Below, piece after piece: positions 46,931 through 60,429 of a DNA stretch of 64,000 nt. The stretch is taken from positions 42,284,001 through 42,348,000 of the forward strand of contig OZ024747.1 in assembly GCA_964016885.1 (NCBI GenBank), given 5' to 3'. The first letter of the stretch is position 1; each line of letters starts with the position of its first letter. A program made the translations under genes and the position numbers. Under the pieces are notes generated by a model. That model did not search any database, was not told the DNA's origin, and worked only from the letters and a program-made list of their open reading frames with translations. The stretch comes from Eledone cirrhosa. Its lineage: Eukaryota.

Positions 46931-47142
46931 TTCTCTCCACTCTCACCTTCCTTTCCAAGGACGACAATAATAACAGCAATAATAATGGCGTCGGTGTTCA
47001 TAATAATGATAAATGTTTCTACTTTTGGCACAAGGCCAGCAATTACCCAGTGCATTACTGGTACTTTATTTTATCGACCCCGGTTATTGACCACAAATGG
47101 TTTACATCAAGAAAAATATTATGACGGCACAGGACGTAACAT

Positions 47143-47281
<139 letters not shown>

Positions 47282-47579
47282 GGTGTGTGGGTTTTGCGTG
47301 TAAACAAATTTTAACATTGTTAAAAAAAGGAAGATAATAAAATTAAAACAAAGGAGGTTCCTCAATAGGGAGGAGACGTTGGAGGGACATTCGTGGTCCC
47401 AGGGGACAGAATAGAGGAAGCGTTGCTACGGAGGATAACGAGAGAGACGTGATTGAAATAGCCATTCCAGCTTGCGGGCCTCAATCCTGCGGGTGACCAA
47501 CTCCGCCCTGATAGCAGTGAGTAAGGAAGTGGGACAGGGACCAAAAATGCCGGATGTGTCCCACCACTACAAGTTACAC

Positions 47580-47920
47580 GTTGACAAGTACTCAATTAAA
47601 CATGGCCTGTTGACCAATACTTAATTAAACAAGCCTGTTGACCAATACTTAATTAAACAAGCCTGTTGACCAATACTTAATTAAACAAGCCTGTTGACCA
47701 ATACTTAATTAAACAAGCCTGTTGACCAATACTTAATTAAAAAAGCCTGTTGACCAATACTTAATTAAACATGGCCTGTTGACCAATACTTAATTAAACA
47801 TGCCTGTTGACCAATGTTTAATTTAACGTGCCTCGTTGACCAGTGGCTAATTAAACATGGCCTGTTAACTAATAAATAATTAATCAAACGCGTCCTGTTG
47901 AACAATATTTAATTAAATGT
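47580..47920. repeat. 28-29-bp minisatellite (gcctgttgaccaatacttaattaaacaa), ~12 copies
   Basis: Directly visible; degenerates at both ends. Confidence 0.9.
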
Positions 47921-48367
47921 GTCCCCCACTCTACACAGTCTGTCTACTCCTTTCTCTCCTCCACCCCGCCCGCCACCAAATTCCATGCATGTTTTATTTA
48001 AAATTCACATTTTAATCAGGCGCAGAATTTATGTTACCAACAAGTTGTGTTTCCTACATGACTTACATGTCTGTTGTCATTAAGTGCAATTAGTGCAACA
48101 TAACTAGTGCAGGTTTGTTAATAACGTGACATGTAGGCTTTGCAAGCCCAAACAAACTCATGTTCATAGTACATACTCTTCTATATCTCTTGTTCCGATA
48201 TTTCCTCGTTTCTAAGCAGTGTCACCTTTTGTCAGACAATATATCAAATAACATTATGTATATATCAGCTTTCATCAAGAACCCCCTCCTCTCCCATGCA
48301 CATGTAGATACACACGCACGCATCACACACACAAACACACACATTTGCACATATATAATATATATAT

Positions 48368-48444
<77 letters not shown>

Positions 48445-48872
48445 CCAAAAGTTAAACAAGGTTCATTGATTAATCAATGAATATAGTTTTACAATAGATT
48501 AGAAGCACTCAACAGTTAGGTTTTCTGGAGTTATTAATATTAATTCAAAATATTAATAAATATAGACATTCATGTGATCAAATATATTTTATTATACATA
48601 TTTCATAGGTAGTGAGCTATTTCATCAATACGTCCTCATCAGATAAAATAAATTGATGTCTGTCATACCTCAACTGTGCTGATGGTTCAATTCCAGTCTT
48701 GCCAAGACTGGAATTGAACCATCAGCACAGTTGAGGTATGTCATACATCAATTTATGTATTTTATCTGATGAGGACGTACTGAAAAAACAGCACAGTACC
48801 TCCGAATTATATATAATAAAATATATTTTGATTAAGTGAATGTCTACATTTATTAATATTTGGAATTAATAT
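48445..48872 (-). mobile_element. Family F-related fold-back element centred at 48702
   Basis: Arms ~48537-48701 / 48703-48872 with essentially no spacer; TATTTTAT CTGATGA GGA in both arms; tail ctccag...gttgagtgct on minus. Confidence 0.75.
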
Positions 48873-49364
48873 ATATATATAGGTAGAACACTGGAGGGTT
48901 ATATCCGTAGTGGTAGAGCACTCAGTCCATGGGACGAGTTTGGTAGAAGTAGTAACACGACAGTTAGTTAACCATACTATTCAAATAAAAAAGAAAATTT
49001 TGCTCTACATGGCTGAATACAATAAATGTAATCTGAGTTTTTCGAATATTAATAATAACATTCGATTCATTTGCAATTATGCAAACAAGCCTCAATTTTA
49101 TAGCCATGTCAGTAGAATGAACACTTCATTCTTGCTCTTTTTTATTTGAATTTGGCAAAGCCGGCCATTTATTGCTCGCATACAGGAAACTGACTGGCCA
49201 GTCTGCTGATATGCAAATCTGGCTGATCAGTGGATCTGCTAATATGCAGATCTGACTGATCAGCCAGTCTGCTAATATGCAAAACAGGCCGATCAGTCAC
49301 TGTGTGTGTTTGAAAATAGCATATATTTTCACTAGCTCTGACAGTTGGCAGGTGAACAGTGAGC

Positions 49365-49406
49365 TGTACTGATGAAGGGTAATACCCAGAAACATTAGTG
49401 TCTGCA
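49365..49406 (+). ncRNA. Hammerhead ribozyme, family J (in fold-back element ~48990-49546; related copy 23001-23200)
   Basis: TGTA CTGATGA a GGGT aat ACCC a GAAA CA ttag TG TC/ TGCA; arms 49023-49139 / 49431-49546. Confidence 0.7.
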
Positions 49407-49964
49407 TTTCTGTTGTTCGCATGCCAACATAAGAGCAAGAATGAAGTGTTCATTCTACTGACATGGCTATAAAATTGGGGCTTGTTTGCATAATTGCAAA
49501 CGAATCGAATGTTATTATTAATATTCGAAAAACTCAGATTACATTTATATATATATATATATGTATATAACGGAAGAAATGTGGTAAGGAACCAGGTGGA
49601 CCATAACGCACCAAAGTACTCAATACTTAGGGTAGTAGAGTGGGTAATAGGAACGAGTAGGACCCCGACGGCTGAGCTCAAGACGTTCGTCGAAACGGCT
49701 TGAGCTCGGCCGTCGGGGTCCTACTCGTTCCTATATATATATATATATATAAGGAAAAGAAATCGAAAATGCAACTGGAGTCTTTTTAAGAATACTTATT
49801 TATTACCTTTACCTATTTATTTATTACCTTTAATAAATAAATATTCTTAAAAAGACTCCAGCTGCATTTTCGATTATCTTTCCTTATACTTTCACACGTG
49901 TAGGACATTTCGTTTTTTTCTTTTTCTTTCGTTCTATTTTTTATAAAAAAAAACAACTCATTTT

Positions 49965-50022
<58 letters not shown>

Positions 50023-50024
<2 letters not shown>

Positions 50025-50188
50025 GTATTTCCCGGCGTCGAAGACTACTTTTTATTACTAAAATAAGTCTCAAAAATCTACCATGCGTCCTGGAGGCCAA
50101 AGGTTGTTTATTATTGTTTTTCAAATTTTTGGTTATCAAAATTAGGGTGCGTCTTCAAGGACGATGTGTCTTCGGCGCAGGGAAATAC

Positions 50189-50190
<2 letters not shown>
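50023..50190. mobile_element. Tc1/mariner-superfamily MITE
   Basis: TIRs CCGTATTTCCCGGCGTCGAAGAC / GTCTTCGGCGCAGGGAAATACGG with TA on both sides. Confidence 0.8.
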
Positions 50191-50254
<64 letters not shown>

Positions 50255-50464
50255 AACGAGTAGGACCCCGACGGCTGAGCTCAAGCCGTTTCGACGGCTA
50301 ATGCTGAATTAGCCGTCGAAACGGCTTAAGCTCAGCCGCCGGGGTCCTACTCGTTCTTATTACCCACTCTACTACCCTAAGTATTGAGTACTTTGGTGCG
50401 TTACGGTCCATCTGGTTCTTTACACATTTCCTTCGTTATATATATATATATATATATATAAATG

Positions 50465-50541
<77 letters not shown>

Positions 50542-50559
50542 ACACACATACACACACAC

Positions 50560-50603
<44 letters not shown>

Positions 50604-50608
<5 letters not shown>

Positions 50609-51096
50609 ACGTTAAGACGGGCGTTGCGGAAAGTGAAAGTAAATTTTTTGACAACAGTGAATTTTTTTGAATTTTTTTTTTTACAGTGAAAGTTACGATA
50701 CACACGCAATTATATGGATTTCTTAATATATATATATGTGTGGGTGTGTATATGTGTGTATATATGTGTGTACACTGTGAATTTGTTTGTTTATTTACAA
50801 GAGGTCTCTATAGTGATATGGTGTTAATTAGTATTGCGTGTGTGATTATTTTTTCTTTAGATAGACGTTAAATGATGATGACACAAACACATATATATAT
50901 ACAAACACACATATATATATACATACAGACACACATATATATACACACATATACACACCCACATATATATATATATTAAGAAATCCATACAATTGCGTGT
51001 GTATCGTAACTTTCATTGTAAAAAACAAAAAACAAACAAATTCACTGTTGTCAAAAAATTTACTTTCACTTTCCGCAACGCCCATCTTAACGTATG

Positions 51097-51098
<2 letters not shown>
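50604..51098. mobile_element. MITE with ~170-bp TIRs
   Basis: GGCATACGTTAAGACGGGCGTTGCGGAAAG... / ...CTTTCCGCAACGCCCATCTTAACGTATGCC; no hammerhead or tail seen. Confidence 0.75.
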
Positions 51099-51152
<54 letters not shown>

Positions 51153-51157
<5 letters not shown>

Positions 51158-53219
51158 AACGTAAAAAACAACAACAAGGAGTACAGTTACGAAAAGTTAG
51201 CGCAGTAAACCGCTTCGACTTCCGCCACCGCTCCAAACGAATAACATCTCTCGGGCTGAACTCCTCGCTCTCTGCTCCCTTCGTAATCGTGATGACATCG
51301 TCATCAAACCAGCGGACAAGGGAGGCGCCGTAGTGGTGTGGCATGCTGACCTAGCTGAGGCCCTCAGGCAGCTTCGCAACCCCATCTTCTACCACCCCTA
51401 CCCTCTGACTCCCAGCCCTCACTACCAGCAACAAGTTTCCGCCACCATCCAACACCTCGTCTCCTCATCCTTCCTACCTCCCACCGCCTCCCACCTCATC
51501 GTCCGCACCTCTCTCATCTCCACCATCTACTTCCTCCCGCAAATCCACAAACCCAACAACCCCGCCCGCCCCATCGTCTCCGCTTGCAACTGCCCTACCG
51601 AACTAATCTCTGCCTTGCTGGACTCCCTTCTCGCCTCCCTCGTCACCGATCTCTCATCCCACATTTCTGACACCAACCATGCCCTTCGCCTTTTCGACTC
51701 CCTCACCTTCCAACCCGCCCCTCTCTTCACTCTAGACATAAAATCCCTTTACATCGTCATCACCCACGCCGACGGCCTACGCGCCCTCCCACACTACCTC
51801 GACCTTCATCCCTACCCCATCCCTTCCACCTCTACTCTCCTCCGCCTCGCCGAGCTGGTTCTCACCCTTAATTGCTTCACCTTCTCGGGTGAATTTGACC
51901 AGCAAGTCACTGGGGTAGCCATGGGCACAAGAATGGGCCCCAACTATGCCAACGTTTCTGTTGGCCATGTTGAGGCCCAGATCTTTGCCCAATACGCTGG
52001 TTCCACCCCCGAACTATACGGTCGTTATATTGACGCCTGTATCGGGGCCACGGCTCTCACCCGAGAACAGCTCGTCTCCTTTCACTCTTTCCCTTGTTTC
52101 TTCCATCCTCCCTCAACTTCACCACCTACGTCCACTTGTTGGGCATCTCCGTCGCCATCAACCTATCCCACCGCTCACTCATCACCTCCGCTTTCTTCAA
52201 ATCCACAGACTCCCACTCCTACCTCGACTTTACCTCCTCCCACCCCCACACACCAAACACTCCGTTCCCTACTCCCAACTTCTCCGGATCCACCGCCTTT
52301 GCAGCCGAGATGCGGACTTCGAGACCCAGGCCCTTTCTCTGGTCCGTCATTTCACCCGGAGGTTCTACCTCCCCTACCGTCCACGCCGCCCACAACCGCG
52401 TCGCGCCGTCCGCCGCACCCTCGTCTCCCCTTCCTCCTCACCTACCACCCCGCCACTCTACCCCTCCAACGAACCATCCTTCGCCTCTTCCGAGTCAGAC
52501 CCCTTACCCCCCTCCCATTTTCCCTTCTCCTATCCCTCCCCTGCTTCAAACGCGCACGCAACCTCTGCAACCTCCTCGTCCGCAGCTCCCTACCCCCAAC
52601 CCCCGTTCCTCTCCCGGATCCCTTCCCTGCTCCCGAACCCGCGGCCACACACACCCCCACATCACCAACACTACTACCCCCGATGCCCGACTTAGAGCTG
52701 AACAACGCACCATCTTCCTATTACAAACTTGTACACCCCCTCCCCCGGTTTGAACTCCCCACCCCTCTTCCTTTAGCCTTCGACTGACACCCCGCTACCC
52801 GTCCCCTCCCTCTACTAACACCACTAACCTCTACCCACACACACCCACACTTCACCACCCCACTAATAATTGTTTCTACTTTAGGCACAAGGCCATCAAT
52901 TACCCAGTGCATTACTGGTACTTTATTTTATCGACCCCATAAGGATGAAAGGCAAACTTAACCTCGGCGGGATTTGAACTCATATCGTAAAGGGACGTAA
53001 CTCTATACCGGAAAGCATGGCGTCCGACTCTCTACCGATACTGCCAATCCACCCCCCAGACTCACACTTACATCTACACATACACACACACCTTTCATGG
53101 TTTTTCTGATAACTCCCCCCCTCACTACCCCTCGGAGTTCCCCCCCACTCTCCCGATGAAGGACTTATGTCCAAAACGTCGTAAACACCCGCCTGCGTTT
53201 GTTTGTTTGTAATTTTGAA

Positions 53220-53220
<1 letters not shown>
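51153..53220 (+). mobile_element. Decayed Penelope-like retroelement (RT domain; 3' repeat with degenerate hammerhead 53151-53182)
   Basis: DIVIKPADKGGAVVVW, YFLPQIHKPNNPARPIVS, LFTLDIKSLY, QVTGVAMGTRMGPNYAN, YGRYIDA, TDSHSYLDFTSSHP, SVPYSQLLRIHRLCS; frameshifts; CCGATGA a GGAC ttat GTCC AAAAC GTC; SINE inserted at 52865-53050. Confidence 0.9.
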
Positions 53221-53275
<55 letters not shown>

Positions 53276-53309
53276 TTACAACAAAAATATATTCTTTGTC
53301 ACATCACCA

Positions 53310-53393
53310 GTCTGACGAGCAGATCGATACTGGGCTCGGGTCCATAAGTCCTATGGATTAATTTGAGCCAATCCTCTGCGAAACGCGCGTAAC
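53310..53393 (+). ncRNA. Hammerhead ribozyme with branched/extended stem II, family K
   Basis: GT CTGACGA GCAGA...(GGCTC..TCCATA agtcc TATGGA..GAGCC)...TCTGC GAAAC gcgc GTA/ AC; stem I only 2 bp. Confidence 0.7.
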
Positions 53394-53518
53394 AAGTCGA
53401 AACAATAAATATTTTTCATATGTAAACGAAACATCAATGGGCCTATTATTTTTATCTAAAGATATTTTTTCCAATTCCATCCCGCCCCTCCCCTTAATCT
53501 ATTTTATTTCTCATTCTT

Positions 53519-53554
53519 TCTTCTGATGAAGGACTAGCGTCCGAAACGTTAAGA
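53519..53554 (+). ncRNA. Minimal 36-nt hammerhead ribozyme, family C (in element 53432-53642)
   Basis: TCTT CTGATGA a GGAC tagc GTCC GAAAC GTT/ AAGA; stem III reduced to the palindrome AACGTT. Confidence 0.8.
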
Positions 53555-53638
53555 CCCTCTTCCTGCTATATCAAGCGTTAACCTAATATATACCTTCCAT
53601 ATACTGTACCGATTGTGTTGCTATTTCTGTTTACCTTT

Positions 53639-53679
<41 letters not shown>

Positions 53680-53885
53680 TATATATATATCATCATCATC
53701 ATATATATATATATTTAAGGTGAAAGCAGAAATTGTTTGCTTAAACTTTTAATCTGCAGTAACGACTGTTTCTACTTTTGGCACAAGGCCAGCAATTACC
53801 CCAGTGCATTACTGGTGCTTTATTTTATCAACCCGTAAGGTGAAAGGCAGAGTTAATCTCGGCGGGATTTGAACTCAGATCATAT

Positions 53886-55183
53886 CAGGGGCGCTGGAAG
53901 CATTTCTGAATGGGTGAGGGGAGCTCAAATGTGGACAATTTATTGTAATGATTAGTTTAGCTCTTTGCACTCTAAAGTTGTCAGAAAATTTCGTAATGCT
54001 ATAAACATAACATGTACATATATTGTAGCGTATATGCAAATAGATGTGTTTTAGTAGTTTGTATATATGTAATTTTAAAAAAATTATGCTTTGTGCTCTT
54101 TCCTAAGGGGTTAATATATCTGCCCCTCTCTATATTTACTTCACGGTACTCGCCTCCAATCCCCCTCTCTATATCAATTAACACCAAACTCTCCCCCTCT
54201 CTATATATACTACACGAAAATCACTTCTAATCCCCCCTCTATATCAATAAACATCAATCACGCCCCCTCCCTATCTCTAATATACAAACACACTCTCCCA
54301 GCCCAACTCTATATGAATTACCAGCAAACCATCCCCCTCTCTATATCTACCATACAACACTCTCTCTCATTCTCTCTCACTCTATCCATCACTACCAAAC
54401 TCTTCTCATCTCTATTTATCAATATCTATCTCTATCTATATCTATCTCTATCCGGTTGACCACCGAGAACATTGTCACGATCAAACCGCCTCCCCCTTTC
54501 AAAAACGAAGGAGAGGCAGTTTTCCTCTGTGTGATAGCTATGGCGAAAGAAGTTGTATGGTGGACAAGGTTGAAAGGGCTGAGGTCACACACCTTTCTCT
54601 CCGGCCAACAACTGGTCTTTTTTTTCAAGTACCACTTTAGAAGAAGGATCAGAATGGAGAGAGAGGTGCTCTACCCCAGCAAGTTTTATGAAAGGCGGGT
54701 GAAAGTAGCGAGAATGGCCCGAGTGAATGGGCCTTCTCTCTATATCAGCCTGTAGGTTAGAGAGGAGAAGAATGAGAAGAGGAAGGAAGCACCCGCTCTT
54801 TGTGCTCCTGAAGAGGAGGGTTGCACATTTTTTCGGGGGTGTGTGCGACCCATGTCAACGCCCCTCCCTATTGAGGACATCGATTGTTAAATTTAATTTG
54901 TTATATGTTTTTTACACGTCTTTTTAAATGTATGTAAACTCCCCCCTTTGTATTTGTCCCAATCTTTGATGCCCTGGTGGCAAATAAATAGAAATTTATA
55001 TCTACTACACGGAACTCTCTCCCTCTCTATATCTATCTCTCCTATCTATCTCTACATAACACGTACATAACACGTACACAAATAGATGTGTGTTTAGGTA
55101 GTTTGGGGAGAAATATATAATTATGGGGGGGGGGGGCATGTCCCCATGCTTCCTTCCCCAGCTCCCCCACCCCGCCACCCCTG
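53886..55183. mobile_element. hAT-like non-autonomous element with C/T-rich subrepeats, interrupted by a Tx1 3' fragment (54453-54995, plus)
   Basis: Ends CAGGGGCG / CACCCCTG; interior homologous to the satellite unit and its flanks (41000-41240, 43570-43810); insert translates TTENIVTIKPPP...VNGPSLYISL*. Confidence 0.6.
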
Positions 55184-55201
55184 TATATGTATATAGCTAT
55201 A

Positions 55202-55279
<78 letters not shown>

Positions 55280-55483
55280 AAAAGAGTCAGGACCCCGACG
55301 GCTGAGCTCCGGCCGTTTCGACAACTCAGTTCGGATCTAGCTGTCGAAACTGCCGGAGCTCAGCCGTCGGGGTCCTGACTCTTTTCCTATTACCCACTCT
55401 AATACCCTACGTATCGAGTACTCTGGTGCGTTATGGTCCACCTGGTTCCTTACCACACTTTCTTTGCATTATATATATATGTA

Positions 55484-55511
55484 CTAGTTGCAGTACCTGG
55501 TAATACCCGGG
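55484..55511 (-). mobile_element. Helitron-type 3' terminus
   Basis: Minus: CCCGG gtatta CCAGG tactgcaa CTAG/T; 5' extent not determined. Confidence 0.45.
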
Positions 55512-56367
55512 AAAGGTGGATTTATTCGCAGTTCCCAGAGTGCGCCTGAAAATGCTAGCGACCCTGGGGGCTCATACTGGATTTTCAATAGCAACCTTTG
55601 CTAGGTGTGTTTATGGCAGATCAAATTTTTGTGTGGAAATATCAATAGCTGTTTAAGTCATAAGTCCTTCTTCCATCCAGCTTTCTTCATTCAGAGTGAA
55701 TAAGCCGGGGAAGTTTGAGCTCGAAGAGTATCGAACTTATTCAACAGACTTATGTATAAGAATAGCAAACTTACTGCCTTAGCGCTCAAGAAGAAAAAAA
55801 GAACAATTGAGGAACTCATCGCAATTATTGAAGAAATTATTACCGAGTGAACATATTCAGGTACTGTTCAAGCACCCTGTATATCACCGTTTGTAAAGCC
55901 CTTCGAATGACTGAAACAATTCAATAAAACCATCCCGTGTTCCCCCTATAGTAGACATAACCTGAGAAAAAACACCATAAGTCGGATAAACAATCAAAAG
56001 TGTTGGTCCTAAAGAGGCCCTTGTAACGTTCAATGTTGCAAAATGTCAATAATGGGAGAGAAGTTACATCTTACTTCGTGTTAATCTTCCCACGATCCGA
56101 CACCTCGAAATATTGACAAAATAGACTCTACACTCAAAGATGACATGTTACAATTAACGTGCCGATAGTACGAATATTCGTCAACATACGATTTGGGTTT
56201 TATTCTTCGGATTAATCTCATGGTAAGACAACTTCCAGGTCATTGATCATAACACTTTTTTGTAACATATCACCGATTCCTGCAGTTGACCTTAATATGA
56301 CCCAAGCGTGTGCACGTGTTCAGAATCTATATCAGTGGATATGTCAATATTTATAAAACAAACTTTG

Positions 56368-56428
56368 TATTTTATCTGATGAGAGCGTACCAAAGTTTTG
56401 GTACCCTTGAAATATATATAATAGAATA
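56368..56428 (+). ncRNA. Hammerhead ribozyme, family F
   Basis: TATTTTAT CTGATGA GAG cGTACCAAA gt TTTGGTAC c CTT GAAAT atat ATA/ ATAGAATA. Confidence 0.8.
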
Positions 56429-56869
56429 AATATGGTTTTATAAATATAGTTTCCATTTATTTAATATCATATATATATATATACACACACAGACACACAG
56501 ACATCTGTTCAGTCGTCAAACAAAATTAGATTGTAGTCTGCTTTGTTTGAAATTTCTTTATGTATATTTCTAATAAGTTGTTGCCTCGTTTTGGAGGATT
56601 GAGTTGTGGGAGGAGGAAGGGGAGTAGTGGGAGGGAGGGTTTAACATACAGTAGAAGTATCTCCTCTTCCCACTCTCTCACTGAAACGTCTTCTCTTTCC
56701 TCCTCCATTGTAAAGATGTCCCCAGGGGTTCCATTATTTTTATTGAAATCCAATAACCAGTCCTGTTTCTGAATATTAGCTTAACATGTGTGTAAGGTTT
56801 CATCAGGATCGGATCACTGGTGTAGGCGCCAATTCGTTACAATATGTATATATATATATATAATATATA

Positions 56870-56913
<44 letters not shown>

Positions 56914-56997
56914 AAAAGTAAACAGAAATAACAACACAATCGGTACAGTATATGGAAGGTATATATTAGGTTAACGCTTGATATAGCAGCAAGAGGG

Positions 56998-57033
56998 TCT
57001 TAACGTTTCGGACGCTAGTCCTTCATCAGAAGA
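56998..57033 (-). ncRNA. Minimal hammerhead ribozyme, family C (in element 56913-57126)
   Basis: Reverse complement identical to 53519-53554. Confidence 0.8.
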
Positions 57034-57122
57034 AAGAATGAGAAATAAAATAGATTGAGGGGCCGGGCGGGATTGAATTGGAAAAAATGTCTTTAGATAA
57101 AAATAATAGGTCCATTCATGTT

Positions 57123-57199
<77 letters not shown>

Positions 57200-57298
57200 G
57201 AGAAAGTATGACTTTTTCCCATTTCCCACTCTACTACCCTAAGTATTGAGTACTCTGGTACGTTATGGTCCATTTGGTTCCTTACCACAATTCATTTG

Positions 57299-57354
<56 letters not shown>

Positions 57355-57629
57355 TAGCGTATGTCTTTTTCAATGATTATTTGGATTTATGTTGAAATCA
57401 TAATCTACTAAATTTGATGGTGACCTTAAAATAGAACGAGTCAGATATAACGGCAACTAATATGAAGGAGAACACGAGTATCAGGTGCTCCTAGATGAAA
57501 CAGTATTGTTTAACAGTAGCAGACTATAGCTTAGCGATCTCGGCCCAGCTTTGTCGGGTTCTTCGGCTTGACTAAGGTGAAAAATGTTGATTGTGGCAAG
57601 TTCGTAGCATTACATTATTATTATTAATA

Positions 57630-57992
57630 CGGTGGTAAGACAGTGGATTGTTAGTATCGATAGATCATCACAGAACATGCTTTGCGGTATATAGTTACGT
57701 CCCTTTACGTTCTGAGTTCAAACCCGGCCGAGGTTAGCTTTGCCTTTCATTCTTACGGGGTCCATAATATAAAGTACCAGTAATACACTGGAGTTAATTT
57801 AATCGACTTTTCCATCCATCCCAAATTGCTGGCCTTGTGCCTAAAGTAGAAACCATTATTACTATTATCATAAATCCCGCCGAGGTTAACTTTGCCTTTC
57901 ATCCTTACGGGGTCGATAAAATAAAGTACCAGTAATACACTGGGATAATTGCTGGCCTTGTGCCTATAGTAGAAACCATTATTACTATTATC
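57630..57992 (+). mobile_element. tRNA-SINE with tandem duplication of its 3' two-thirds
   Basis: 57720-57871 is repeated at 57872-57993. Confidence 0.75.
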
Positions 57993-57994
57993 AT

Positions 57995-58935
57995 ACGGAT
58001 ATGCCACCCACGCCCGATCTCTCGGGAATAGTTTCTTGGCCAATTTCTGGGTGCGGGTTGCCACCTTGTTCGTTATGTCGTCACGGTTTTTGTCTACCTA
58101 AAGATCTGGACAGAACCAGATCCCGAGCAACTTAACCGTTCCGTTCGTCAAGCGGCGCCCGACGATACTGTCGAACGGCATTGACTTGCCTCTCCAGATG
58201 CCGAGCTACATGTCCACCGACTTTTGTTGGTTAACTTTTGCTCCCGTCACCGCCTCGTACTCATTTAGAGCAATGCCGATAATTTCCCAGTCCACGTCTG
58301 ACTGCACTGGAGCGCCTACCCTAACGCTTTTTGTGGAATGGACTCGCTGCAATAGTCAGGTGATCCATACGCTGTCAACACCAGCTCCGTGGACAACTGG
58401 GCATGTTGCGGCTGATACGCAAACATACACCGAGGCTAAGCTATCTCTATTGTTTTCTTGACCGTGAACAGGTGTGGTCACCATTCACCTGACATGCATT
58501 TCTCCAGCTCATCTCATTGACGGAACTGCATTCCTGGGTCAAGGAAAGACCGATATGAAGCGCTTGGCAACTGGAATGTCGTCAAGTTGTCACTGTCCTT
58601 TACCAGTTGAGCATTGCGATTAGTGGAATATACATATTAGATTAGTGGCGGTAGAAGGCGACGATGTTCTTGGAGAGACTCTGGGCGTCAAAAACGATTG
58701 ACTGGCCGTTCTCTTCCGGAGAATTGTCAACACGGGGCCGATGGATTACTTCCAGAAATCTTTAGCATGGCAGTGTTACGGGTGTGGAGACATTGTCGAT
58801 TCAAGATAAGCTGTACAGGGCATGGAGGTGGCGTCAGCCGAGCATGTTGGAGATGTGCGCAGGGCGATGAACCCGCCCAGCACGCACTCGTCCCGTGTCC
58901 GAGCATTACTGACTTGTGAAGCTATGTCGAAGGTA
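57995..58935. mobile_element. Old Tx1/L1-like LINE remnant in two opposite orientations
   Basis: Minus 57995-58480: YEAVTGAKVN..VKLLGIWF. Plus ~58555-58935: GPMDYFQKSLAWQCY..CWRC..EPAQHALVPC. Confidence 0.65.
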
Positions 58936-59849
58936 TTTACTGAGCCAGTTACTTCGACAGCCGTTTTTAACTTCAACATTTTTTTATGTTTTTCAGAATA
59001 GAAAGTAAACTATGAGAGAAGTTAACCTTCCTCAAGTAGCTGATAAAGGATTACGGAAAAAGGTAAGGATGTACTGTTATATCATAGCAGGTAGTATTTA
59101 TCTAATCAGAAACTAAACATGGAATATTATGTGTAAAAACAGAAGAAAAGAAAACATTTTTCATTGTGGTTACGTAGCCGATCTCTCGGACTCTAAGAGC
59201 CGAGAATATATTGTTAATATAAAAAATGGTGTGCTCATGCGCAGAGATGCTATAAAATAGTTTGAAAACTCTTTAGAGATGAAAAAAAAAAGTTTCTATC
59301 GGCCGCTATGAGGAATTAAACCGTCATGTCTCTCAGATACCGGCTACGCTTGGCATTCCATTCCTCATAACGGCCGATAGAAACTTCTTTTTCTATTTCT
59401 TAATGGTCTTCACATTATTTTATAAACTATTTTATAGTATCTCTGAAGGACCTATATTGTAAGATGATAAGCAGCATATCTGATTGTCTTCTACTTGTTT
59501 GCTGTTGTTTGTTTCTTTTTCTTGTTTTTATTTTTGTTTTTCAAGAACTCTACTGTATTGAATCTATCTATCTATTAGCCGGGAGGTTATGTGTCAAACC
59601 TCCCGACTACACATCTCCATTCGTTCCTATCCAACGCACTTTGATATATCTGATCTACGCTAAGGCCAGTGGGATCTTGTATGTTTCTTAGAAATGTTAA
59701 GCGTGGTCGACCTCGGAAGTTTTGACCTTATGTTGTAGTGTATAATGTATAGCAGTGGGTTGTTGTCTCTTGTGGGCTTTTCAGTTAATGACCAAGAGTA
59801 CGCAGCTGGCGGCAAATGAGTAAGTCCGCAAAATTTCTTCTTTTTGTGG

Positions 59850-60321
59850 TTGCCAGGATCTGTTCTTTTCTGGCTCTATCTGTTTGTTCGACAGCCAACA
59901 TAATACTGTAGCAGCTAGTTGCAAATGAGTTTAACTGATTGTTTATAGTGGAGTTGAGAGTCCATGATTGTTCCCAATAGAGAAGTATGGAGATGATTTA
60001 AGAATCAAACAGTCGTAACTTGAGTTAAAGAGAGATTTTGTTAGCTCACCAAACCGTTTGTAACTTACAGAAATTGTTCCAGGCAACGACTCACCTTTGA
60101 CGTAAGTCATCTAGGGATGTAACAATATGGGTTCCCAAGTGTTTGAAGTCGGTTGCGATTTCCATATTTTCCAGACCTGGTGGTGGTGATCCGGTACGTG
60201 TGTGATTTATATGCATGACCTTAGTTTTCTCTAGGTTAATTCTAAGGTCAACAAGGGAGGCAGTCTCGTGTATGTTGCTAAGAAGATCTGCTGCAGCAAC
60301 TTCTGACGAGAAGAGTAACAC
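59850..60321 (-). pseudogene. RTE-like RT C-terminal fragment
   Basis: VDLRINLEKTKVMHIN...DFKHLGTHI. Confidence 0.6.
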
Positions 60322-60429
60322 AACTAATAAATTATTTACAAACTCGGAAAAATAAAATCAAGGAATGTGTATCAAACAGTGTGGTTAATCCGTATGGTGA
60401 ACAAATGGGGTTCCACGTGCTGGCCTCCC

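Noticed and set aside
51333-52787. 484-aa ORF as an intact protein
   Set aside because: PLE RT with catalytic YIDD changed to YIDA; the true frame shifts at ~52100 and the Pro-rich remainder is off-frame.
59242-59445. Nested inverted repeat as another hammerhead element
   Set aside because: Arms are real (cagagatgctataaaatagttt; aagtttctatcggccg), but I found no CUGANGA-stemII-GAAA arrangement, tail motif or (TA)n flanks; probably a decayed MITE.
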